Shown here in pieces: positions 9,540 to 16,652 of a DNA stretch of 24,000 nt. The notes under the pieces are model-generated. The model had not been told where the DNA came from. It was given only the letters and a program-made list of their open reading frames with translations, and did not search any database. How positions within the stretch are numbered: position 1 is the first letter of the stretch; each line of letters begins with the position of its first letter. The position numbers and the translations under genes were made by a program. The stretch comes from Anabaena sp. 4-3 (GTDB taxonomy: Bacteria > Cyanobacteriota > Cyanobacteriia > Cyanobacteriales > Nostocaceae): assembly GCF_001597745.1 (NCBI RefSeq), contig NZ_LUHJ01000050.1, positions 136,697 to 160,696 on the forward strand. The letters are read 5' to 3'.

Positions 9540-9790
9540 GTATAACCCATAAATGTTTAAGTCCCTTCCCGCAACACAGCTAAGATGTCTTGGCTTTACT
9601 CAACTCCTGAACCAATCAGGATTACAGAGGGCTAAACTAGGGAAGTATTTAGCCGTGTGTACCAAACCGTGTCTCAATGCGGTATTCACTTCTTGCGTTG
9701 CCTAAATTGGTTTAGGCAATCCCCGCCCTAAAAGTGCAGGGTTAGTGAACTCTCTTCTCGCGCTAGATCGACATTTTTAATTTTAAGTTA
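9540..9790 (-). ncRNA. candidate omega-RNA scaffold upstream of isrB (extent approximate)
   Basis: The non-coding 5' flank of isrB is packed with perfect local hairpins: 9698..9719 (9-bp stem TTGCCTAAA/TTTAGGCAA), 9630..9654 (7-bp GGCTAAA/TTTAGCC), 9606..9620 (5-bp CCTGA/TCAGG) and 9726..9741 (CCCT/AGGG). IscB/IsrB omega-RNAs are encoded directly 5' of the ORF. No covariance-model check was possible. Confidence 0.45.
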
Positions 9791-10023
9791 TCAGTCATCA
9801 GCAATTAGTTAATAGCTATCAACTTATATACTGATGACCGTTCTTCATAAACTTCTTGCAAAAATCTTCTTTAAACCACATACACCAACTCATCTATCGG
9901 CGTATATTCGCACGGCGGTTAAATTTTCATAAACTAGACTTTTGCAAGAAAGGCCGCGATGTAATTAGGTAACATAAACAGCAAGAGGAATTCTTTTCCC
10001 TAGCCGCTTCTAGCCTTTAGTTT

Positions 10024-10350
10024 CTAGCAAATGTACTTAGTGACATCTTCTCCACATTCATCAGTTAGATAAGATAAAGCGCGAAAACGCAATCCTACAA
10101 AGTCGTCATACAGAGGATTGAGTTTACACAATGCTGGAATATGGAAAGTCCGCCCAAATAAATTAATATTTCGCTCAAAGGGACAACAGCAAGGTATAAC
10201 CTGACAGATGAGATGAGCGAAACGAGCATTGTTAACTGGAATATGATTAACCCAACGACGCAAAGGATGGAGAACATCAAATGCGCCGGGTTGTTTATAA
10301 TTGGGTGGATGGAAATTAGGATGATGATGGTGAGTGTGAGTTGTGGACAT
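10024..10350 (-). CDS. Mo-dependent nitrogenase C-terminal domain family protein (Mo-nitro_C type orf downstream of nifK)
   Basis: 108 aa. ...LICQVIPCCCPFERNINLFGRTFHIPALCKLNPLYDDFVGLRFRALSYLTDECGEDV matches the remembered conserved core of this cyanobacterial nif-cluster family. The N-terminus is His-rich. Confidence 0.7.
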   Translation of the reverse strand: MSTTHTHHHHPNFHPPNYKQPGAFDVLHPLRRWVNHIPVNNARFAHLICQVIPCCCPFERNINLFGRTFHIPALCKLNPLYDDFVGLRFRALSYLTDECGEDVTKYIC

Positions 10351-10513
10351 ACTAGATTCCTGAGATGAATAGAGTCAATTGGCATTGGTAAGGAAAAGGA
10401 GAAAGGAGGAAGGAGGAAGTAGGAAGGGGAAAAGGTGGAGAGGAATTTATCTCTTTTACCTTTTCCCTAAAATCTAACCCTTAGTCTCTAACTCCTAGCC
10501 CCCCTCGCAATTT

Positions 10514-11580
10514 CTAGCGAATCAAGTCGAAGGAGATATCGGTCTTACCGGTGATGTTGGAGTTGCGATCCAATTCATCTAGAATTGTGTTAACAACCCA
10601 GTTGAGGATGTTTAGACCACCTTGGTAGCCGAGGGTAGCGTAGCGGTGTAAGTGATGGCGATCGAAGATAGGATAACCAATGCGTACCATTGGGATCTTA
10701 GTGTCGCGCCACAGGTACTTACCGTAGGAGTTACCAACGAAGAAGTCTACAGGCTCGGTGAACAACAAGCTACGGAAGTGCCACAAGTCTTTTTGAATCC
10801 AAACTTTAGCTTCTTTACCGAAGGGGCTAGCGGCGAGGATAGCTTCCATTTCTTTCTTGAAGGCCTCATCGCCATTGTTGCAGAGGATGTGTACAGGTTC
10901 AGCACCCATCTCTAACAAGAAGCTGGTGACGGAGATGATCAAATCGGGATCGCCGTAGATAGCGAACTTCTTACCATGAATCCAAGCGTAGGAGTCGGTG
11001 ATAGCATCAACCAAACGACCGCGTTCAATTTCCAATTCTTCAGGAATGGGCTTACCGGTCAATTCAGAGATAGCAGTCAAGAACTCGTCAGTACCCTTAA
11101 CACCGAAGGGACGCAGAACTTTTGTTTCTTGGTTCCACTTGGTTTCGATGTATTCGCGGGTCTTGGGTGTGGTGTAAGCTTGAAGAGCAACTGTAGCTTT
11201 AGCGTTGATAGAATCAGCAGCATCTTCCAACTTAGTACCACCTGGGTACATTTCGTATTCACCGGTGTTGGGTGAATCAAAGTAGTCGCTGGTATCAGAC
11301 AGAATGGTGTAGTCAACACCCATTACACCCATCATCCGCTTCAATTCGCGGTTGTTACCTACATAGGTATCAAAACCAGGAATGAAGTTGATTTTGCCGT
11401 TGCTGGTAGCTTTCTTCTTACCTTCTGTCAGGTTAGACAGAATACCCCGCATCATGTTGTCGTAGCCAGTGGTGTGAGAACCTACGAAACTGGGGGTGTG
11501 AGCGAAGGGAACGGGGAAATCTTGAGGAATAGAACCAGCATTTCTAGAGTTGGTGATGAACGCGCCTAAGTCGTCACCAA
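10514..11580 (-). CDS. nifK: nitrogenase MoFe protein beta chain NifK, C-terminal segment (gene interrupted)
   Basis: The frame is open from 11578 (GDDLGAFITNSRNAGSIPQDFPVPFAHTPSFVGSHTTGYDNMMRGIL...) to the stop at 10514 (...ISFDLIR). There is no start or N-terminal third. It continues exactly where the 13605..14083 segment stops. Confidence 0.93.
11574..11580. repeat. nifK-element core direct repeat, left copy (TCACCAA)
   Basis: This is the only sequence shared by both nifK junctions. It corresponds to the Gly-Asp codons (TTGGTGA on the coding strand). Confidence 0.8.
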
Positions 11581-11643
11581 ATACATAATTAATGCGCTCA
11601 CAGACTTGCTCTACAGGGGTTTTATTATCTTGCTGGCTGGCGT

Positions 11644-11660
11644 TGCTTAGTTTTTACTTA
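11644..11660 (-). promoter_or_regulatory. 6-5-6 direct-repeat motif, recombinase-distal copy in the nifK element
   Basis: The minus strand reads TAAGTA-AAAAC-TAAGCA. A 63-nt gap separates it from the core at 11574..11580. It forms a 23-nt near-repeat (GGCNTTGCTTAGTTTTTNCTTAA) with 13458..13481. Confidence 0.45.
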
Positions 11661-11992
11661 ACTCTTTGAAATCTCCCCTTAATTTTTCAAGCAAAAAAGT
11701 AAATTTATTTCTTAGTTTTTGGTTAAATCTGGAGATATTTTCTACTGCAAAATAATATATTAACTATAACGGTTAAAATAACTTCTTTTCTTCCATATTT
11801 ACCGGAATAAGCTAACTAATTACTTATATAAAGTTATACATTTTACACCCATGAACAGTCAAAAAAGTTTAGTTTTTTCATAAAATAAGGTTGAATTTAA
11901 AAACGGTATCTAATGTACTTACTTTGTTATATTTTAGTGGTAATATTTGATAATTTTTAATCATCTACACAAAGATGTCATGCACAACATTA

Positions 11993-12019
11993 CAAAAAAA
12001 AGGGGGCTAACTACCCCTT
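11993..12019 (-). terminator. Rho-independent terminator of the nifK-element recombinase gene
   Basis: The minus strand reads AAGGGG-loop-CCCCTT followed by T8, about 20 nt after the stop codon at 12039. Confidence 0.6.
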
Positions 12020-12038
12020 CTAGCGTAATGCAATTGAT

Positions 12039-13463
12039 TTAGTTAGATAGAGCTTGCTTTATTTGGTGTTCTGTCAACATTAACATTAATTTTTCTAGTT
12101 CACTTTTGAGTCTTGCTACTTCGGTTTTTAACATGATATTTTCTTCTTTTAGTTCATCCATTTCATCCTTTTTATTTACCGCTTGTTTAATCGCTTGCTT
12201 TCTATGTTCGATACTAAACCATTTTTGGTAAGTGTCTGTGTGTTGCTCTATTGTATGCCCTAAATTATCAGCCGCAGCTTTCAGAGGTACACCCATTAAA
12301 TGCGCTCGAATTGCCCAAGCATGACGCAAATCGTAAGGACGGAATCCGACTTTTACTTTTTGAAACCAATCAGATATAGCTTGAACTAAGGTATTCCTAC
12401 CCTGTAAATCACATCTACCATTAATGTATTTTTCGACTAAATTAATAATTTCAGGGTTTCGTAATTCAAATAATTCCACCCAATTTTCATGTAATGGGAT
12501 GACTTCTCTAAAACCTGTTTTACATTCCCCGTAAACTTTCCATCTAAAATCGGTATTATCTTGACTTAGCCAATACTTGAAATCTGGATTTAAAATTACC
12601 TCATGCGGTCGGCATCCATAAGCAGCAATCATGCCATAAATCCATCTAAACACTAACCAATTATCTGCTTGTTCCTTTCTTTTATTTCGTCGGTTTTTAG
12701 CGTATTCTTCCCATTTTAAAAAACTTGTTTCAATGTCTGTATCGCTTGGGATGTCACGCCGTTCTGTTTGAGGTCTTTGGAACTTTACTTTTAAAGGAAT
12801 ATCAAAAGTTTTAGTAAATAAGTTTAAGGTGATCGCAGTCCTGTGCTTCCATTGTCCTATATCATTAGGTATGGCATCAAATTGTTTTTTTAAATTTTCT
12901 GGAGTTGCCAGCATTTCCCTATCAAACTGCTTCAGCACTTTCATGTAATTTGCAAAAGTACCTTCTGAGCCGATATTCCTTTGTCTTTCTGAAAAATACA
13001 ATCCTTCATATTGCTCTAATAGTTCTCCAAAAGTTTTGTTTTCTTTATCCTGTTTTTTACCTAAATACTTATCAGTCCATTCAAAAGTTTGACGAGCAAT
13101 TAATTTACTCAGTTCGTGAGCTTCTTCTGTCGCAGTTTTCAGCCCGTGTAGATTAGCAGGAATTCCTAACGATATTTTATATTGCTTTTTTCCCTTACCT
13201 GTTTTGTCAATATCTCCTGGTTTTAATGGCAGCGTTGCCTGTAACTGAAGCGCGTTCCCGGTTCTGATAATACTTACCCGTGCTTTGTCAGCTTTCAATC
13301 TAGTGTTAGCTTCCTCAAGCTTCAGTTTAAGCTGTTCTTCACTCTTGGCTGTTTGTTTGAGTACGTGCTTCATAGTTCCCATGTATGTCCCGTCTGTAGT
13401 GGCTTTAAATTCTTTATCGACGGTAGAAGCGTTGTAATCCCTGTGCAGTCTAGTTTTTGGCAT
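12039..13463 (-). CDS. XisA-family site-specific tyrosine recombinase (nifK element)
   Basis: 474 aa and a paralog of the two other recombinases in the window. Shared blocks include LQLQATLPLKPGD, LHGLKTATEEAHELSKLIARQTFEWTDKYLG, WIYGMIAAYGCRPHE, YDLRHAWAIRAHLMGVPLKAAADNLGH (H-x-x-R box) and HTDTYQKWF (candidate catalytic Tyr). A C-terminal coiled coil is present. Confidence 0.9.
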   Translation of the reverse strand: MPKTRLHRDYNASTVDKEFKATTDGTYMGTMKHVLKQTAKSEEQLKLKLEEANTRLKADKARVSIIRTGNALQLQATLPLKPGDIDKTGKGKKQYKISLGIPANLHGLKTATEEAHELSKLIARQTFEWTDKYLGKKQDKENKTFGELLEQYEGLYFSERQRNIGSEGTFANYMKVLKQFDREMLATPENLKKQFDAIPNDIGQWKHRTAITLNLFTKTFDIPLKVKFQRPQTERRDIPSDTDIETSFLKWEEYAKNRRNKRKEQADNWLVFRWIYGMIAAYGCRPHEVILNPDFKYWLSQDNTDFRWKVYGECKTGFREVIPLHENWVELFELRNPEIINLVEKYINGRCDLQGRNTLVQAISDWFQKVKVGFRPYDLRHAWAIRAHLMGVPLKAAADNLGHTIEQHTDTYQKWFSIEHRKQAIKQAVNKKDEMDELKEENIMLKTEVARLKSELEKLMLMLTEHQIKQALSN

Positions 13464-13480
13464 TGCTTAGTTTTTGCTTA
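13464..13480 (-). promoter_or_regulatory. 6-5-6 direct-repeat motif abutting the recombinase ATG (nifK element)
   Basis: The minus strand reads TAAGCA-AAAAC-TAAGCA immediately followed by ATG. A further related unit (CCAAAAACTAGACT) lies within the first codons. Confidence 0.45.
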
Positions 13481-13604
13481 AATATCATGAAACAACCTCA
13501 GCCAAAATACATCTGTTCAGGAGAAGCAGTTTAGCTGTGGCTCTTGCAACTAGGTATTTCGGTGGTTTTAAGATACCATGATTCATCTCTGATAACCCAA
13601 TTTT

Positions 13605-13611
13605 TCACCAA
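13605..13611. repeat. nifK-element core direct repeat, right copy (TCACCAA)
   Basis: Identical 7-mer at the point where the N-terminal NifK reading frame diverges from the NifK sequence. Confidence 0.8.
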
Positions 13612-14083
13612 TAACCTCAGCCATACAGGTGGTGCAAACAGCAATCATCTTAGGCTTGTAGAGTTGGTAAGCAACTTGCATACCTTCAATCATGTTGTTC
13701 AAGCCACCGAATACTGCTGCGTCTTCTGTCATAGAAGAAGACACTGCGGAGCAAGGCTCTTTGTAGTGACGGCTGAGGTGGGTACGGAAGTAAGCAACGC
13801 AACCTTGAGAACCTTGAACGAAGGGAAGAGTACCTTCAAAACCCAAAGCAGCGAACATCGCGCCTACGGGTTGGCAACCTTTAGCGGGGTTAACGGTTAA
13901 AGCTTCACGAGCGAAGTTCTTTTCCCGGTATTCCCAAGTTTTTGTCCACTCAGAAACTCTTTCAACTTCTTCAGCAGAGTGTGCGCCTTCAAAGTTCTTT
14001 CTCTTGTTTTCAAATAGCTCGGTGTATTCTGGCTGTTTGAATAGATCAACGTGGTCTACAATTTTTTCAGGATTCTGTGGCAT
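13605..14083 (-). CDS. nifK: nitrogenase MoFe protein beta chain NifK, N-terminal segment (gene interrupted)
   Basis: [20 protein letters not shown]...[32 protein letters not shown]...[14 protein letters not shown] is NifK. The ORF then reads 6 foreign codons (EKLGYQ R) and stops at 13583. Confidence 0.93.
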
Positions 14084-14287
14084 TTGTCTATCTCTCTACG
14101 CTTGCTGGTTGGTTTGTAAGTGATGAGTTGAATAGCCTGGGGGAGTAATTCCCCCTGAAGGGAGTGGCGAGTGATGAATCATGAATAATGAATGAAAGTA
14201 TTCATCCAGCATTCAGCATTCACCATTCCTCCCTCGTTTCCTGGGGCGCAAACACCCCAGGCTATCCGTTTATTTCCCTGGAATTAA

Positions 14288-14427
14288 TTAGGCTGCAACT
14301 TTAGCCTTTGCAGAAGCTTTCTTCCAAGGTGCGCCAATCAAGTCCCAAGTGGGGCTGTTGAGGGCGAGATCCATATCACGGGCGAAGATAGCGAATCCGT
14401 CGTAACCGTGATAAGGGCCGGAGTAAT
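14288..14427 (-). CDS. nifD: nitrogenase MoFe protein alpha chain NifD, C-terminal 43-codon segment (gene interrupted)
   Basis: The minus frame reads (Y)[44 protein letters not shown]-stop, the conserved NifD C-terminus. There is no start codon. It joins to ...HSWDYS at 19903. Confidence 0.9.
14419..14427. repeat. nifD-element core direct repeat, left copy (CGGAGTAAT)
   Basis: 9-bp identity with 19903..19911. It is the reverse complement of the inner 9 bp of the GGATTACTCCG core known for the Anabaena PCC 7120 nifD element. Confidence 0.9.
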
Positions 14428-14518
14428 TCTTTTTATGGTTTAATAGCTTTAAACGGCTTATTGTTTACGGTAAGCAGTGTTAGTCATGAACATTGTTTGC
14501 TGAGAACACATTAATTTT

Positions 14519-14535
14519 TAGGCTAAATATAGGCT
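14519..14535 (+). promoter_or_regulatory. 6-5-6 direct-repeat motif upstream of xisA (nifD element)
   Basis: TAGGCT-AAATA-TAGGCT, 12 nt before the xisA ATG and 91 nt inside the left core. Confidence 0.45.
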
Positions 14536-14547
14536 AATACCACAGCG

Positions 14548-15966
14548 ATGCAAAATCAGGGTCAAGACAAATATCAACTAGCCTTTGCAGACTTAGAGCC
14601 TCTTTCATCTACCGACGGCAGTTTTCTCGGCTCAAGTCTGCAAGCACAGCAGCAAAGAGAGTTTATGAAAGCAAAGGTATTACAAGAATTAGAAAAGGTA
14701 AATCTGCGTTTGAAGTCTGCAAAGACCAAAGTCACAATTAGGGAATCACACGGAAGTCTGCAATTAAGGGCGACATTACCCATTAAACCAGGGGATAAGG
14801 ACAGCAGAGGAACTGGGAGAAAGCAATACAATCTCAGTTTGAATATTCCTGCTAACTTGGATGGACTGAAAACGGCTGAGGAAGAAGCTTATGAATTAGG
14901 TAAATTAATCGCTCGTAAAACCTTTGAATGGAATGATAAATATTTAAGCAAGGAAGCTACTAAAAAAGATGTGATAACCATAGGTGAGTTACTGGAAAAA
15001 TTTGAAGAAGAATATTTTAAAACTCATAAACGCACAACCAAAAGCGAACATACTTTTTTTTATTATTTTTCTCGGACTCAGCGATATACCAATTCTCAAG
15101 ATTTAGCAACTGCGGAAAATTTCATCAGTTCCATTCAACAAATCGATAAAGAATGGGCTAGATATAATGCAGTCAGAGCAATATCGGCGTTTTGTCAGAC
15201 ATTCAACATCGATATTGATTTATCTCAATATTCCAAAATGCCTGAGCGCAATTCTCGGAATATACCAACCGATGCGGAAATAACTACAGGAATTAGCAAA
15301 TTTGAAGAGTATTTAAATATCAGAGGTAATCAAGTTAATCAAGATGTTAAAGATAGCTGGCAGCTTTGGCGGTGGACGTATGGAATGTTAGCAGTTTTTG
15401 GTTTACGCCCAAGGGAAATTTTTATTAACCCTGATATTGATTGGTGGTTAAGTTCAGATAATTTAGATTTTACATGGAAGGTGCATAAAGACTGTAAAAC
15501 TGGTGAAAGGCAAGCATTACCTTTACATAAAGAATGGATTGATCAGTTTGATTTAAGAAATCCTAAGTATTTAGAAATGCTGGCGACAGCAATTAGTAAA
15601 AAAGATAAGAATAATCATGCGGAGATAACAGCATTAACACAAAGAGTTAGTTGGTGGTTTCGCAAAATCGGGTTAGATTTTAAGCCTTATGATTTGCGTC
15701 ATGCTTGGGCAATTCGAGCGCATATTTTAGGAATTCCCATCAAAGCGGCGGCGGATAATTTAGGGCATAGTGTGCAAGTTCACACCCAGACTTATCAGCG
15801 TTGGTTTTCCCTAGATATGCGGAAGTTGGCAATTAATCAGGCTTTGACTAAGAGGAATGAGATTGAGTTAATTAAGGAGGAGAATGCTAAGTTGAGGATG
15901 GAGAATGAAAGGTTGAAGTTGGAGATTGAGAAGTTAAAGATGGAGTTTGTTTATAAACAGAGTTGA
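14548..15966 (+). CDS. xisA: site-specific recombinase XisA (nifD element excisase)
   Basis: 472 aa. The N-terminus MQNQGQDKYQLAFADLEPLSSTDGSFLGSSLQAQQQ... and much of the rest match XisA of Anabaena PCC 7120 as I remember it. It has the tyrosine-recombinase box YDLRHAWAIRAHILGIPIKAAADNLGH...HTQTYQRWF and sits next to the CGGAGTAAT core. Confidence 0.93.
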   Translation: MQNQGQDKYQLAFADLEPLSSTDGSFLGSSLQAQQQREFMKAKVLQELEKVNLRLKSAKTKVTIRESHGSLQLRATLPIKPGDKDSRGTGRKQYNLSLNIPANLDGLKTAEEEAYELGKLIARKTFEWNDKYLSKEATKKDVITIGELLEKFEEEYFKTHKRTTKSEHTFFYYFSRTQRYTNSQDLATAENFISSIQQIDKEWARYNAVRAISAFCQTFNIDIDLSQYSKMPERNSRNIPTDAEITTGISKFEEYLNIRGNQVNQDVKDSWQLWRWTYGMLAVFGLRPREIFINPDIDWWLSSDNLDFTWKVHKDCKTGERQALPLHKEWIDQFDLRNPKYLEMLATAISKKDKNNHAEITALTQRVSWWFRKIGLDFKPYDLRHAWAIRAHILGIPIKAAADNLGHSVQVHTQTYQRWFSLDMRKLAINQALTKRNEIELIKEENAKLRMENERLKLEIEKLKMEFVYKQS

Positions 15967-16081
15967 ATAGGCTAAAAAAATTGATCTGGTGTGTTGTACT
16001 GTTAAACAACATATCTAGATTGTTCATTACTTCCACTATTACATCAAATTAAGTAATATTACGATGTTAATTTACCTAGAA

Positions 16082-16150
16082 AGCAAGTATTGTAAATCAG
16101 CTTGAGTACAGTATTTCATCATGAATATGAATTAACACTGACGCACCCTT
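16082..16150. repeat. degenerate REP-hairpin copy
   Basis: AGCAAGTAttGTaaaTCAGCTTGAGTACAGTATTTCATCATGAATATGAATTAACACTGACGCACCCTt aligns with the 65-bp REP units below, but its left arm is decayed. Confidence 0.5.
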
Positions 16151-16298
16151 GATTTTCGTTGTTACGTATATATACTAATAAAATATAGCTATTCTATAAA
16201 CAAAAAAACACATAAACTTTAATGATTGGATATTGTATATTTTAATTTTTCTAGATACATTTAAAGAGTATTGTTCACGTCACTAAACTTTATTAATC

Positions 16299-16502
16299 AT
16301 GGCAGAACCATTAACTACCCTTGCAACAGGAGTTGTTGTAACGTTTGGGGCAGCAGCAGTTACAGCAGCAGGCGAAAAATTTGGAGAGTATGTAGCTGAA
16401 CAAGCAATTGAAGCTTGGGAAGAAGGGTGGGAGAGACATGACGAAGCTGTTAGTAATTTGTTGGGATCTCCTAATGATGAGCTAGAAGGGGCAGAAGCAT
16501 AA
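16299..16502 (+). CDS. small acidic hypothetical protein (67 aa)
   Basis: ATG-initiated ORF after a long AT-rich region. It has a Gly/Ala/Val-rich N-terminal half and an acidic C-terminal half. A perfect 12-bp-stem terminator follows 23 nt later. No family was recognised. Confidence 0.35.
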   Translation: MAEPLTTLATGVVVTFGAAAVTAAGEKFGEYVAEQAIEAWEEGWERHDEAVSNLLGSPNDELEGAEA

Positions 16503-16524
16503 TAATTCATCCGATCATCTAAGA

Positions 16525-16567
16525 CAAAACAGAGTATAGAGGTTTCTGTACTCTGTTTTGTTGTTGT
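16525..16567 (+). terminator. Rho-independent-type terminator after the small ORF
   Basis: CAAAACAGAGTA / TACTCTGTTTTG 12-bp perfect stem with a 12-nt loop, followed by TTGTTGT. Confidence 0.55.
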
Positions 16568-16577
16568 CAGCAAGCAA

Positions 16578-16642
16578 GTAGGGTGCGTCAGCTTGAGTGA
16601 GTTATTTCATCACAAAAATGAATTAATGCTGACGCACCCTAC
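16578..16642. repeat. REP/REPIN-like 65-bp hairpin (orientation A)
   Basis: 15-bp terminal inverted repeats GTAGGGTGCGTCAGC ... GCTGACGCACCCTAC. It lies 10 nt from the stop of the RAYT gene. Confidence 0.8.
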
Positions 16643-16652
16643 AAAATATGGG

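Larger units (their letters stand above)
11574..13611. mobile_element. nifK interruption element (2,031-bp unit, XisA-family recombinase only)
   Basis: It is bounded by 7-bp direct repeats TCACCAA (11574..11580 and 13605..13611). Deleting one repeat plus the intervening DNA restores ...CMAEVIGDDLGAFITNS..., an uninterrupted ~512-aa NifK. Confidence 0.88.

Noticed and set aside
14428-14547. NtcA-type GTA-N8-TAC boxes in the recombinase upstream regions, by analogy with xisA of PCC 7120.
   Set aside because: I could not find a clean GTA-N8-TAC in the three upstream regions by eye. The nearest is GTA-N8-GTA at the nifH-element motif. I therefore make no NtcA-site call.
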